From the IMG/VR virus record IMGVR_UViG_2778261350_000008, positions 1 through 12,505 of that record: DNA of 12,505 nt. The stretch is one strand, 5' to 3'. Source of the DNA: a virus. Lineage: Duplodnaviria > Heunggongvirae > Uroviricota > Caudoviricetes. Both the position numbers and the translations under genes were made by a program. The notes below the pieces were generated by a model, which saw only the letters and a program-made list of their open reading frames with translations, ran no database searches and had not been told where the DNA came from. Below are positions 1 through 9,200 of this stretch, in pieces (within the stretch, counting starts at the first letter, position 1; every line of letters begins with the position of its first letter).

Positions 1-273
1 AGCCGGATTGGCGTGGGGAATCTCTACCGGCTGATGCGCGGCTATGCCACCGGCGGTTATGTCGGTACACCGGGCAGCATGGCGGAGAGCCGGTCGCAGG
101 CGTCCGGGAAGTTTGAGCAGAATAACCATGTGGTGATTAACAACAACGGCACGAACGGGCAGATAGGTCCGGCTGCTCTGAAGGCGGTGTATGACATGGC
201 CCGCAAGGGTGCCCGTGATGAAATTCAGACGCAGATGCGCGATGGTGGCCTGTTCTCCGGAGGTGGACGATGA
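1..273 (+). CDS. H: Tail tape-measure protein H, C-terminal fragment (5' end lies outside the window)
   Basis: Frame 1 is open from base 1 to the TGA at 271-273. The translation (...GNLYRLMRGYATGGYVGTPGSMAESRSQ...IQTQMRDGGLFSGGGR) matches my recollection of the lambda gpH C-terminus. Its stop overlaps the next ATG (ATGA), as in lambda H/M. Confidence 0.8.
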   Translation, partial: SRIGVGNLYRLMRGYATGGYVGTPGSMAESRSQASGKFEQNNHVVINNNGTNGQIGPAALKAVYDMARKGARDEIQTQMRDGGLFSGGGR

Positions 274-599
274 AGACCTTCCGCTGGAAAGTGAAACCCG
301 GTATGGATGCGGCTTCGGCTCCTTCCGTCAGGGAAGTGCGCTTTGGTGATGGTTACTCCCAGCGCTCGCCTGCCGGGCTGAATGCCGACCTGAAAACGTA
401 CAGCGTGACGCTCTCTGTCTCACGCGAGGAGGCCACGGCGCTGGAGTCGTTTCTGGCTGAACACGGGGGCTGGAAGGCCTTTCTGTGGACGCCGCCTTAT
501 GGCTACCGGCAGATAAAGGTGACCTGCGCAAAGTGGACAGCGCGGGTCAGCATGCTTCGTGTTGAGTTCAGCGCAGAGTTTAAACAGGTGGTGAACTGA
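270..599 (+). CDS. M: Minor tail protein M
   Basis: 109 aa, the same length as lambda gpM and near-identical as recalled (MKTFRWKVKPGMD...LRVEFSAEFKQVVN). Position H-M-L is conserved and the gene is overlap-coupled on both sides. Confidence 0.9.
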   Translation: MKTFRWKVKPGMDAASAPSVREVRFGDGYSQRSPAGLNADLKTYSVTLSVSREEATALESFLAEHGGWKAFLWTPPYGYRQIKVTCAKWTARVSMLRVEFSAEFKQVVN

Positions 600-1297
600 T
601 GCAGGATATCCGACAGGAAACACTGAATGAATGCACCCGTGCGGAGCAGTCGGCCAGCGTGGTGCTCTGGGAAATCGATCTGACAGAGGTCGGTGGAGAA
701 CGTTATTTTTTCTGTAATGAGCAGAACGAAAAAGGCAAGTCGGTTATCTGGCAGGGGAGAGAGTATCAGGCGTATCCCATTCAGGGGAGTGGTTTTGAAC
801 GGAATGGCAAAGGTGCCAGTACGCGGCCCACGCTGGCAGTCTCTAACCTGTACGGCATGGTCACCGGTATGGTGGAAGATATGCAGAGTCTGGTCGGCGG
901 AACGGTGGTCCGGCGCAAGGTCTACGCCCGTTTTCTGGATGCGGTGAACTTCATCAACGGAAACAGCGACGCCGATCCGGAGCAGGAGGTGATCAGCCGC
1001 TGGCGCATTGAGCAGTGCAGCGAACTGAGCGCGGTGAGCGCCTCTTTTGTACTGGCCACGCCGACGGAAACGGATGGCGCTGTTTTCCCGGGGCGTGTCA
1101 TGCTGGCCAACACCTGCACCTGGACCTATCGCGGTGATGAGTGCGGTTATGATGGTCCGGCTGTCGCGGATGAATATGACCAGCCGACGTCCGATATCAC
1201 GAAGGATAAATGCAGCAAATGCCTGAGTGGCTGTAAGTTTCGCAATAACGTCGGCAACTTTGGCGGCTACCTTTCCATTAACAAACTTTCGCAGTAA
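599..1297 (+). CDS. L: Minor tail protein L
   Basis: 232 aa, the lambda gpL length. The start overlaps the M stop (TGATG). Cys-rich C-terminus (CTWTYRGDECGYDG...CSKCLSGCKF) as in gpL-family proteins. Confidence 0.9.
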   Translation: MQDIRQETLNECTRAEQSASVVLWEIDLTEVGGERYFFCNEQNEKGKSVIWQGREYQAYPIQGSGFERNGKGASTRPTLAVSNLYGMVTGMVEDMQSLVGGTVVRRKVYARFLDAVNFINGNSDADPEQEVISRWRIEQCSELSAVSASFVLATPTETDGAVFPGRVMLANTCTWTYRGDECGYDGPAVADEYDQPTSDITKDKCSKCLSGCKFRNNVGNFGGYLSINKLSQ

Positions 1298-1302
1298 ATC
1301 CC

Positions 1303-2046
1303 ATGACAGAGACAGAATCAGCGATTCTGGCGCACGCCCGGCGATGTGCGCCAGCGGAGTCGTGCGGCTTCGTGGTGAGAACGCCGGAGGGGGAAAGGTA
1401 TCTTCCCTGCGTGAATATCTCCGGTGAGCCGGAGGCGTATTTCCGGATGGCTCCGGAAGACTGGCTGCAGGCAGAGATGCAGGGTGAGATTGTGGCGCTG
1501 GTCCACAGCCATCCCGGTGGACTGCCCTGGCTGAGTGAGGCTGACCGGCGGCTGCAGGTGCAGAGTGATTTGCCGTGGTGGCTGGTCTGCCGGGGGGCGA
1601 TTCACAGGTTCCGCTGTGTGCCGCATCTTACCGGGCGGCGCTTTGAGCACGGGGTGACGGACTGTTACACGCTGTTCCGGGATGCTTACCATCTGGCGGG
1701 AATTGAGATGCCGGATTTTCATCGTGAGGATGACTGGTGGCGTAACGGTCAGAATCTCTATCTGGATAACCTTGAAAGACATGGTTTTTACCGTGTCGCA
1801 CTGACAGAGGCACAGCCGGGCGATGTGCTGCTGTGCTGCTTTGGTTCATCGGTGCCGAATCATGCCGCCATTTACTGCGGCGACGGTGAGCTGCTGCACC
1901 ATATTCCTGAACAACTGAGTAAACGAGAGAGGTACACCGACAAATGGCAGCGACGCACACACTCCCTCTGGCGTCACCGGGCATGGCACGCATCTGCCTT
2001 TACGGGGATTTGCAGCGATTTGGCCGCCGCATCGACCTTCGTGTGA
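1303..2046 (+). CDS. K: Tail tip assembly protein K (JAB/MPN-like plus NlpC/P60-like domains)
   Basis: 247-aa ORF starting 5 bp after L. Contains a JAMM-like motif HSHPGGLPWLSEAD (H-x-H-x7-S-x2-D) and an NlpC/P60-like Cys/His pair (GVTDCYTLF ... NHAAIYCGDGELLHH). An internal ATG at 1447 would give the 199-aa form usually annotated for lambda K. The 3' end overlaps I by 103 nt, as in lambda. Confidence 0.85.
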   Translation: MTETESAILAHARRCAPAESCGFVVRTPEGERYLPCVNISGEPEAYFRMAPEDWLQAEMQGEIVALVHSHPGGLPWLSEADRRLQVQSDLPWWLVCRGAIHRFRCVPHLTGRRFEHGVTDCYTLFRDAYHLAGIEMPDFHREDDWWRNGQNLYLDNLERHGFYRVALTEAQPGDVLLCCFGSSVPNHAAIYCGDGELLHHIPEQLSKRERYTDKWQRRTHSLWRHRAWHASAFTGICSDLAAASTFV

Positions 2047-2579
2047 AAACGGGGGCCGAAGCCATCCGGGCGCTGGTCACACAGCTTCCCGCCTTTCGTC
2101 AGAAACTGAACGACGGCTGGTATCAGGTACGCATTTCCGGACAGGATATATCCCATGAAACATTGTTCACACAGATGAATGACACACTGCCTCCGGGCGC
2201 GGTAATACATATTGTCCCTCGCCTGGAGGGGGCAAAAAACGGAGGGGTTTTTCAGGTCGTGGCCGGTGCTGTGCTTGCTGTTGTCGGTTATGCATTAAGC
2301 TGGACAGGCATAGGTGCGGTTATTGGCAACCTTGGTGTGGCCATGATGCTTGGAGGGGTGGCACAGATGCTGGCCCCTAAATCCAGAACTCCCCGTACAC
2401 AGACAACGGATAACGGCAAACAGAATACCTATTTTTCATCACTGGATAACATGATTGCCCAGGGGAATGTTCTGCCCGTTCTGTACGGTGAAATGCGCGT
2501 GGGGTCGCGGGTGGCATCTCAGGAGATCAGCACGGCAGATGAAGGGGATGGTGGCCAGATAGTGGTGATTGGTCGATGA
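1944..2579 (+). CDS. I: Tail assembly protein I
   Basis: 211 aa. N- and C-terminal regions match lambda gpI as recalled (MAATHTLPLASPGMARICLYGDLQRFGRR... ; ...NGKQNTYFSSLDNMIAQGNVLPVLYGEMRVGSRV...). A hydrophobic Gly/Ala-rich middle is present. Starts inside the 3' end of K in another frame. Confidence 0.85.
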   Translation: MAATHTLPLASPGMARICLYGDLQRFGRRIDLRVKTGAEAIRALVTQLPAFRQKLNDGWYQVRISGQDISHETLFTQMNDTLPPGAVIHIVPRLEGAKNGGVFQVVAGAVLAVVGYALSWTGIGAVIGNLGVAMMLGGVAQMLAPKSRTPRTQTTDNGKQNTYFSSLDNMIAQGNVLPVLYGEMRVGSRVASQEISTADEGDGGQIVVIGR

Positions 2580-2597
2580 TGAAATACGTTTTATGTG

Positions 2598-2626
2598 AAA
2601 CCGCCTCCGGGCGGTTTTGTCGTTTA
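2598..2626 (+). terminator. GC-rich hairpin plus T-rich tract in the I-J intergenic gap (terminator-like or attenuator-like)
   Basis: Inverted repeat AAACCGCC (2598-2605) / GGCGGTTT (2610-2617) with loop TCCG, followed by TGTCGTTT. It sits 14 bp before the J start, so it cannot be a fully efficient terminator if J is expressed. Confidence 0.35.
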
Positions 2627-2639
2627 TGGAGCGTGAGTA

Positions 2640-5600
2640 ATGGGTAAAGGTGGTGGTAAGGCGCATACGCCCCGTGAAGCCAGAGATAATCTGAAATCAT
2701 CCCAGATGCTGAGTGTGATTGATGCCATCAGCGAAGGACCGGTTTACGGGCCTGTTGACGGGCTGAAAAGCGTGTTTCTGAACGGCACGCCGGTACTGGA
2801 CCGTGAGGGGAATGCTAACTTTTCCGGTGTCACTGTGGTGTTCCGTGCCGGTGAACAGGAGCAGACACCACCGGAGGGCTTTGAATCCTCCGGTTCAGAA
2901 ACGGTGCTGGGGACGGAAGTGAAATATGACACGCCGATCACCCGGACCATCACGTCGGCAAATATCGATCGTCTGCGCCTGACCTTCGGCGTGCAGGCAC
3001 TGGTGGAAACCACCTCAAAGGGGGACCGTAACCCCTCTTCTGTCCGCCTGCTGGTTCAGATACAGCGTAACGGTGGCTGGGTGACGGAAAAAGACATCAC
3101 CATTAAGGGCAAAACCACGTCCCAGTATCTGGCCTCGGTGGTGGTGGATAACCTGCCGCCGCGACCGTTCAGTATCCGGATGCGCAGGATGACGCCGGAC
3201 AGCACCACAGACCAGTTACAGAACAAAACGCTCTGGTCGTCATACACTGAAATCATCGATGTGAAACAGTGCTACCCGAACACGGCACTGGTCGGCGTAC
3301 AGGTGGACTCGGAGCAGTTCGGCAGTCAGCAGGTGAGCCGCACTTACCATTTTCGGGGGCGTATTCTGCAGGTGCCGTCGAACTATAACCCGCAGACGCG
3401 GCAGTACAGTGGTATCTGGGACGGAACACTTAAACCGGCATACAGCAACAACCCGGCCTGGTGTCTGTGGGACATGCTGACCCATCCGCGCTACGGCATG
3501 GGGAAACGTCTTGGTGCGGCGGATGTGGACAAATGGGCGCTGTATGTCATCGGCCAGTACTGCGACCAGTCAGTGCCGGACGGCTTTGGTGGCACGGAGC
3601 CGCGCATCACCTGTAATGCCTGGCTGACCACACAGCGTAAGGCGTGGGATGTTCTCAGCGATTTCTGCTCGGCGATGCGCTGTATGCCGGTATGGAACGG
3701 GCAGACGCTGACGTTCGTGCAGGACCGGCCGTCGGATAAGGTGTGGACCTATAACCGAAGTAATGTGGTGATGCCGGATGATGGCGCTCCGTTCCGCTAC
3801 AGCTTCAGCGCCCTGAAGGACCGCCATAATGCCGTTGAGGTGAACTGGAGTGACCCGGATAACGGCCAGGAGACGGCGACAGAGCTTGTGGAGGACACAC
3901 AGGCCATTGCCCGTTACGGTCGTAACGTCACGAAGATGGATGCCTTTGGCTGTACCAGCCGGGGGCAGGCACACCGCGCCGGGCTGTGGCTGATTAAAAC
4001 AGAACTGCTGGAAACGCAGACCGTGGATTTCAGCGTCGGCGCAGAAGGGCTTCGCCATGTACCGGGCGATGTTATTGAAATCTGTGATGATGACTATGCG
4101 GGGATCAGCACCGGTGGTCGTGTGCTGGCGGTGAACAGCCAGACCCGGACGCTGACGCTCGACCGTGAAATCACGCTGCCATCCTCCGGCACCACGCTGA
4201 TAAGCCTGGTTGACGGAAGTGGCAATCCGGTCAGCGTGGAGGTTCAGTCCGTCACCGACGGTGTGAAGGTGAAAGTGAGCCGTGTTCCTGACGGCGTTGC
4301 AGAATACAGCGTGTGGGGGCTGAAGCTGCCGACGCTGCGCCAGCGCCTGTTCCGCTGCGTCAGTATCCGTGAGAACGATGACGGCACGTATGCCATCACC
4401 GCCGTGCAGCATGTACCGGAAAAAGAAGCCATCGTGGATAACGGGGCGCACTTTGACGGTGACCAGAGCGGCACGGTGAATGGTGTCACGCCGCCGGCAG
4501 TGCAGCATCTGACCGCCGAAGTCACCGCAGACAGCGGGGAATACCAGGTGCTGGCGCGATGGGACACGCCGAAGGTGGTGAAGGGTGTGAGCTTCCTGCT
4601 TCGTCTGACCGTGGCAGCGGACGACGGCAGTGAGCGGCTGGTCAGCACAGCCAGGACGACGGAAACCACATACCGCTTCAGGCAGCTGGCGCTGGGGCGT
4701 TACACGCTGACGGTACGGGCGGTAAATGCCCAGGGGCAGCAGGGGGATCCGGCGTCGGTATCGTTCCGGATTGCCGCACCGGCAGCGCCGTCACGGATTG
4801 AGCTGACGCCGGGCTATTTTCAGATAACCGCCACGCCGCATCTTGCGGTTTATGATCCGACGGTACAGTTTGAGTTCTGGTTCTCGGAAAAGCGGATTGC
4901 GGATATCAGGCAGGTTGAAACCACAGCCCGCTATCTTGGCACGGCGCTGTACTGGATAGCTGCCAGTATCAATATCAAACCGGGCCATGATTATTACTTT
5001 TATATCCGCAGTGTGAACACCGTTGGCAAATCGGCATTCGTGGAGGCTGTTGGTCAGCCGAGTGATGATCCATCCGGCTATCTGGATTTTTTCAAAGGAG
5101 AGATAGGGAAAACCCATCTGGCTCAGGAGCTGTGGACGCAGATTGATAACAGTCAGCTTGCGCCTGACCTGGCTGAAATCAGGACGTCCATTACGGGTGT
5201 CAGCAATGAAATCACGCAGACTGTCAATAAGACACTGGAAGACCAGAGTGCAGCGATCCAGCAGATACAGAAGGTTCAGGTTGATACCAGTAATGACCTG
5301 AACAGCATGTGGGCTGTGAAGCTGCAACAGATGAAGGACGGACGCCTTTATATCGCGGGTATTGGTGCCGGTATTGGGAACACCCCCGACGGCATGCAGA
5401 GTCAGGTGCTGCTGGCGGCAGACAGGATTGCGATGATTAATCCTGCAAATGGCAACACAAAGCCGATGTTTGTGGGGCAGGGCGATCAGATATTCATGAA
5501 CGACGTGTTCCTGAAATATCTGACGGCTCCCACCATTACCAGTGGTGGTAATCCTCCGGCATTTTCCCTGACACCGGACGGGCGGCTGACGGCGAAAAAT

Positions 5601-6119
5601 GCGGATATCAGCGGTAACGTGAACGCGAACTCCGGGACGCTCAACAATGTCACGATTAATCAGAACTGCCGGATTCTGGGAAAACTGTCAGCCAATCAGA
5701 TTGAAGGCGATCTCGTTAAAACAGTGGGCAAAGCTTTCCCGCGGGACTCCCGTGCACCGGAGCGGTGGCCATCAGGGACCATTACCGTCAGGATTTATGA
5801 CGATCAGCCGTTTGACCGGCAGATTGTTATTCCGGCGGTGGCTTTCCGCGGTGCCAGACATGAGCGGGAGAATAGCGATACTTATTCGTCATGCCGTCTG
5901 ATAGTGAAGAAAAACGGTGCTGAAATTTATAACCGAACGGCTCTGGATAATACGCTGATTTACACGGGTGTTATTGATATGCCTGCAGGCAGTGGCGTAA
6001 TGACACTGGAGTTTTCTGTATCAGCATGGTGGGTAAATGGCTGGTATCCCACAGCGAGTATCAGCGATTTGCTGGTTGTTGTGATGAAGAAATCCACTGC
6101 AGGCATCACGATTAGCTGA
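2640..6119 (+). CDS. J: Tail tip / host-specificity protein J (central tail fibre)
   Basis: 1159-aa ORF (lambda J is 1132 aa) directly after I. GGAG lies 9 nt upstream of the ATG. Position and size are diagnostic; the divergent C-terminal ~250 aa would be the receptor-binding part. Confidence 0.9.
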   Translation: MGKGGGKAHTPREARDNLKSSQMLSVIDAISEGPVYGPVDGLKSVFLNGTPVLDREGNANFSGVTVVFRAGEQEQTPPEGFESSGSETVLGTEVKYDTPITRTITSANIDRLRLTFGVQALVETTSKGDRNPSSVRLLVQIQRNGGWVTEKDITIKGKTTSQYLASVVVDNLPPRPFSIRMRRMTPDSTTDQLQNKTLWSSYTEIIDVKQCYPNTALVGVQVDSEQFGSQQVSRTYHFRGRILQVPSNYNPQTRQYSGIWDGTLKPAYSNNPAWCLWDMLTHPRYGMGKRLGAADVDKWALYVIGQYCDQSVPDGFGGTEPRITCNAWLTTQRKAWDVLSDFCSAMRCMPVWNGQTLTFVQDRPSDKVWTYNRSNVVMPDDGAPFRYSFSALKDRHNAVEVNWSDPDNGQETATELVEDTQAIARYGRNVTKMDAFGCTSRGQAHRAGLWLIKTELLETQTVDFSVGAEGLRHVPGDVIEICDDDYAGISTGGRVLAVNSQTRTLTLDREITLPSSGTTLISLVDGSGNPVSVEVQSVTDGVKVKVSRVPDGVAEYSVWGLKLPTLRQRLFRCVSIRENDDGTYAITAVQHVPEKEAIVDNGAHFDGDQSGTVNGVTPPAVQHLTAEVTADSGEYQVLARWDTPKVVKGVSFLLRLTVAADDGSERLVSTARTTETTYRFRQLALGRYTLTVRAVNAQGQQGDPASVSFRIAAPAAPSRIELTPGYFQITATPHLAVYDPTVQFEFWFSEKRIADIRQVETTARYLGTALYWIAASINIKPGHDYYFYIRSVNTVGKSAFVEAVGQPSDDPSGYLDFFKGEIGKTHLAQELWTQIDNSQLAPDLAEIRTSITGVSNEITQTVNKTLEDQSAAIQQIQKVQVDTSNDLNSMWAVKLQQMKDGRLYIAGIGAGIGNTPDGMQSQVLLAADRIAMINPANGNTKPMFVGQGDQIFMNDVFLKYLTAPTITSGGNPPAFSLTPDGRLTAKNADISGNVNANSGTLNNVTINQNCRILGKLSANQIEGDLVKTVGKAFPRDSRAPERWPSGTITVRIYDDQPFDRQIVIPAVAFRGARHERENSDTYSSCRLIVKKNGAEIYNRTALDNTLIYTGVIDMPAGSGVMTLEFSVSAWWVNGWYPTASISDLLVVVMKKSTAGITIS

Positions 6120-6137
6120 ATTTTATAACCCAGATAC

Positions 6138-6163
6138 GGGCGCCAGAAATGGCGCCTTTTTTA
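6138..6163 (+). terminator. Rho-independent terminator after J
   Basis: Perfect palindromic stem GGCGCC (6139-6144) / GGCGCC (6151-6156) with loop AGAAAT, immediately followed by TTTTTTATT. Confidence 0.6.
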
Positions 6164-6186
6164 TTACAGAAAAGCGAGAGGTAATT

Positions 6187-6786
6187 ATGCGTAAAGTTTG
6201 TGCCGCCATTTTGTCCGCTGCCATCTGTCTGGTCGTATCCGGTGCGCCTGCATGGGCGTCTGAGCAGCAGGCCACACTGAGTGCAGGGTATCTTCATGCC
6301 CGGACGAACGCTCCCGGCAGCGATAATCTGAACGGGATTAACGTGAAATACCGTTATGAGTTTACGGACACGCTGGGGCTGATTACGTCCTTCAGTTATG
6401 CCAGTGCCGAAGATGAGCGAAAAACGCACTACAGCGATACCCGCTGGCATGAAGATTCCGTGCGTAACCGCTGGTTCAGCGTGATGGCGGGGCCGTCTGT
6501 GCGCGTGAATGAATGGTTCAGCGCGTATGCGATGGCGGGTATGGCTTACAGCCGGGTGTCGACTTTTTCCGGGGATTATCTCCGCGTAGCTGACAACACG
6601 GGGAAAACGCACGATGTGCTGACCGGAAGTGCTGACGGTCGCCACAGCAACACGTCTCTGGCGTGGGGCGCTGGCGTGCAGTTTAACCCGACCGAATCCG
6701 TGGCCATTGATGTCGCTTATGAAGGTTCCGGCAGTGGCGACTGGCGTACTGACGGTTTCATCGTGGGTGTTGGTTATAAATTCTGA
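6187..6786 (+). CDS. lom: Lom / Ail / PagC-family outer-membrane beta-barrel protein (lysogenic-conversion type)
   Basis: 199 aa. N-terminal signal peptide MRKVCAAILSAAICLVVSGAPAWA. The C-terminus ...VDVAYEGSGSGDWRTDGFIVGVGYKF matches the lambda Lom C-terminus as recalled. GAGAGG RBS; lambda-like position after J. Confidence 0.85.
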   Translation: MRKVCAAILSAAICLVVSGAPAWASEQQATLSAGYLHARTNAPGSDNLNGINVKYRYEFTDTLGLITSFSYASAEDERKTHYSDTRWHEDSVRNRWFSVMAGPSVRVNEWFSAYAMAGMAYSRVSTFSGDYLRVADNTGKTHDVLTGSADGRHSNTSLAWGAGVQFNPTESVAIDVAYEGSGSGDWRTDGFIVGVGYKF

Positions 6787-6808
6787 TTGTTAACACAGCT
6801 TTACGACA

Positions 6809-6835
6809 GCCCGCCGGTTCAGGCGGGCTTTTTTG
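6809..6835 (+). terminator. Rho-independent terminator after lom
   Basis: Stem GCCCGCC (6809-6815) / GGCGGGC (6822-6828), loop GGTTCA, followed by TTTTTTG. Confidence 0.6.
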
Positions 6836-6845
6836 TGGGGTGAAT

Positions 6846-9200
6846 ATGGCAGTAAAGATTTCAGGTGTACTGAAAGATGGTGCAGGTAAGCCGGTACAAA
6901 ACTGCACTATTCAACTGAAAGCCAGACGTAACAGCACCACGGTGGTGGTGAACACGGTGGCCTCAGAAAATCCGGATGAAGCAGGTCGTTACAGCATGGA
7001 TGTTGAGTACGGTCAGTACAGCGTCAGTCTGTTGGTGGAGGGGTTCCCGCCGTCACATGCCGGGACCATCACCGTCTATGAAGATTCCCGACCCGGTACG
7101 CTGAATGATTTTCTCGGTGCCATGACGGAGGATGATGCCCGTCCGGAGGCACTGCGGCGTTTTGAACTGATGGTGGAAGAAGCGGCACGTAACGCTGAAG
7201 CCGCCTCTAAGAGCGCAGCGGCGGCAAAGAAATCCGAAACTGCAGCGGCATCATCGAAGAACGCGGCGAAAACCTCAGAAACGAATGCAGCTAACAGCGC
7301 ACAGGCGGCAGCGACCTCACAGACTGCATCAGCAAACTCCGCGACAGCAGCCAAAAAATCAGAAACCAACGCGAAAAACAGCGAGACAGCCGCAAAGACG
7401 AGTGAAACTAACGCAAAGTCCAGCCAGACGGCAGCGAAGACCAGCGAAACGAATGCCAAAGCCAGTGAAACTGCGGCGAAAAGCAGTCAGGATGCAGCAG
7501 CCGAAAGCGAGAGTGCTGCAGCCGGTTCTGCGACTTCAGCAGCTGGATCAGCAACTGCTGCGGCTAACAGCCAGAAAGCCGCGAAGACGAGCGAAACTAA
7601 CGCAAAGTCCAGCCAGACGGCAGCGAAGACCAGCGAAACGAATGCCAAAGCCAGCGAAACTGCGGCGAAAAACAGTCAGGATGCAGCAGCCCAAAGCGAG
7701 AGTGCCGCAGCTGGTTCTGCAACAGCGGCAGCTAATAGCCAAAAAGCTGCAAAAACCAGTGAAACTAACGCAAAGACGAGTGAAACAAAAGCAGCAGCCA
7801 GCGAGACAGAAGCAACGTCAGCCGCAACAAGAGCAGAGAATGCAGCCCGGATTGCAGAAGATGCCGCTGATCCTGCTTCTGTCCCTCCGCTTCCTGATAT
7901 CTGGCTACCCTTGAATGATTCTCTGGAAGCGATAACAGGGTATGCCCCGGGCTATAAAACAATAACCATCGGCAGTGATGAAATAACAATGCCTGTTAAT
8001 GGCATATGCCAATTTAGCCGGGCTTCATCTGCAACGTATATTGATAAGTCCGGGCATATTACCGTGGCAGGGAATAACGTTCCTCGTTTTGAAAAATATG
8101 GTTTGCTGATAGAGAATCAGCGAACAAACATGTTCGTAAATAGTTTTAATCCTGATGCCTGGAATAAAAGCGGTGGTATATCTGTAACATCATCAACAGA
8201 TGAATTTGAGTTTAAATATGGACGTTTCACGGTAGGAAGCGATATAGCAGGAACGACAACAGGGCGAAATATATGCACAGTTGCTGGTAACAAAGGCATA
8301 GATGTGACTGGCGATGAACAGTACAGTAAAGGTCCGTATGTTACCGCGTCGTTCAGGGTAAGAAGTGATCTCAATGTTCGCGCACGTATCCGTTTTGAAC
8401 GGTATAACTCGGAAGGATACACCTTCCTTTGCGACGCCTATTTGTCATTACAGACCCATGAACTACAAATTACTGGTGGCAATGCCCAGCTATTAACAGC
8501 AAACTTTGAAATCGATCCAGGTAGTGGATGGATATATTTTCAGGCAACACTGAAATGTCTGCCAGAATGGGGAATGGTTGGTACGCAGCTGCAAATTGCA
8601 GCCGACAGAGCAGTGGGGGCTTTTGCAACAGGTGACTGGATAGAAGTAACCACCCCGCAATTCGAGTATGGTGCCTGTGCAACTTCCTTTATCATAACGA
8701 CAACAGAGCCAGCGACTCGTGCATCAGATTTATGTAAATTTCCGCTGATGAAAAATATGTATACCATGCCTTTTACGTTCATGGTGGAAGTCCATAAAAA
8801 CTGGTTTATTTCTCATAATGCTGCACCGCGTGTCATTGATTCAGAAAATCACCAGTCCGGAGGCCCATTTATTATGGGGTTTGGTTCTTCTGGAACTATC
8901 AGTCAGGATGGTTATTCGTATTGCGATATAGGCGGGGCTAACCGGCGTGTATATGAGTCATGCGGAGTAAGAGATCTCGTTATGGGATTCAGGGTTAAGG
9001 CTGACGGCATGACATGCTCATTTGCAAATAAGAATATAAGCACTGAAACCAAAACAGTATGGAAATATATTCGTGAAGCAGCCGTGATTCGTATCGGGGG
9101 GCAAACGACGACAGGATTACGACACCTTAATGGTCATATAAAAAACCTCCGTTTCTGGAACAGAGCATTGTCAGATACGCAGATTAAGGAATACGTATAA
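6846..9200 (+). CDS. stf: Side tail fibre protein, mosaic: lambda Stf-like N-terminus, Ala/Ser/Thr repeat shaft, foreign C-terminal receptor-binding region with a lectin-like (LamG/ConA-type) end
   Basis: N-terminus MAVKISGVLKDGAGKPVQNCTIQLKARRNSTTVVVN...VYEDSRPGTLNDFLGAMTEDDARPEALRRFELMVEE matches lambda Stf as recalled. The ORF track begins at a GTG (6840); the ATG at 6846 gives the lambda-like start. Residues ~120-330 are low-complexity SETNAK-type repeats. From about nt 7880 the DNA is visibly AT-richer, and the protein ends ...LRHLNGHIKNLRFWNRALSDTQIKEYV, which resembles the terminal strand motif of LamG-like jelly-roll domains. Confidence 0.8.
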   Translation: MAVKISGVLKDGAGKPVQNCTIQLKARRNSTTVVVNTVASENPDEAGRYSMDVEYGQYSVSLLVEGFPPSHAGTITVYEDSRPGTLNDFLGAMTEDDARPEALRRFELMVEEAARNAEAASKSAAAAKKSETAAASSKNAAKTSETNAANSAQAAATSQTASANSATAAKKSETNAKNSETAAKTSETNAKSSQTAAKTSETNAKASETAAKSSQDAAAESESAAAGSATSAAGSATAAANSQKAAKTSETNAKSSQTAAKTSETNAKASETAAKNSQDAAAQSESAAAGSATAAANSQKAAKTSETNAKTSETKAAASETEATSAATRAENAARIAEDAADPASVPPLPDIWLPLNDSLEAITGYAPGYKTITIGSDEITMPVNGICQFSRASSATYIDKSGHITVAGNNVPRFEKYGLLIENQRTNMFVNSFNPDAWNKSGGISVTSSTDEFEFKYGRFTVGSDIAGTTTGRNICTVAGNKGIDVTGDEQYSKGPYVTASFRVRSDLNVRARIRFERYNSEGYTFLCDAYLSLQTHELQITGGNAQLLTANFEIDPGSGWIYFQATLKCLPEWGMVGTQLQIAADRAVGAFATGDWIEVTTPQFEYGACATSFIITTTEPATRASDLCKFPLMKNMYTMPFTFMVEVHKNWFISHNAAPRVIDSENHQSGGPFIMGFGSSGTISQDGYSYCDIGGANRRVYESCGVRDLVMGFRVKADGMTCSFANKNISTETKTVWKYIREAAVIRIGGQTTTGLRHLNGHIKNLRFWNRALSDTQIKEYV
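7392..7748. repeat. In-frame tandem duplication inside the stf shaft (two units of about 189 and 168 bp)
   Basis: 7392-7580 and 7581-7748 are near-identical; unit 1 carries an extra 21 bp (7 aa, SAAGSAT). Each encodes AAKTSETNAKSSQTAAKTSETNAKASETAAK(S/N)SQDAAA(E/Q)SESAAAGSAT...AAANSQKA. Shorter, degenerate copies of the same motif flank it from about 7230 to 7800. Confidence 0.7.

Noticed and set aside
1318-1993. Minus-strand ORFs of 154 aa and 121 aa overlapping K and I
   Set aside because: Antisense to two conserved overlapping tail genes. Pro/Arg-rich translations with no recognisable features.
3570-4508. 312-aa minus-strand ORF inside J, plus other antisense ORFs at 4244-4669, 4791-5327 and 2744-3013
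   Set aside because: They lie entirely within, and antisense to, the well-supported J gene. The sequence is GC-rich, where stop-free antisense frames are common. Their translations are Arg/His/Pro-rich and low-complexity, and they have no RBS or start context.
7200-7860. Possible CRISPR array suggested by the periodic repeats
   Set aside because: The repeats are in-frame codon-level repeats inside a protein-coding gene, with no unique spacers of fixed length and no cas genes nearby.
7076-7914. Minus-strand 127-aa ORF (7076-7459) and plus-strand 209-aa Arg/Gln/Lys-rich ORF (7285-7914)
   Set aside because: These are alternative-frame readings of the stf repeat DNA. The periodic low-complexity sequence keeps several frames open; the stf frame is the one with the homologous N-terminus.
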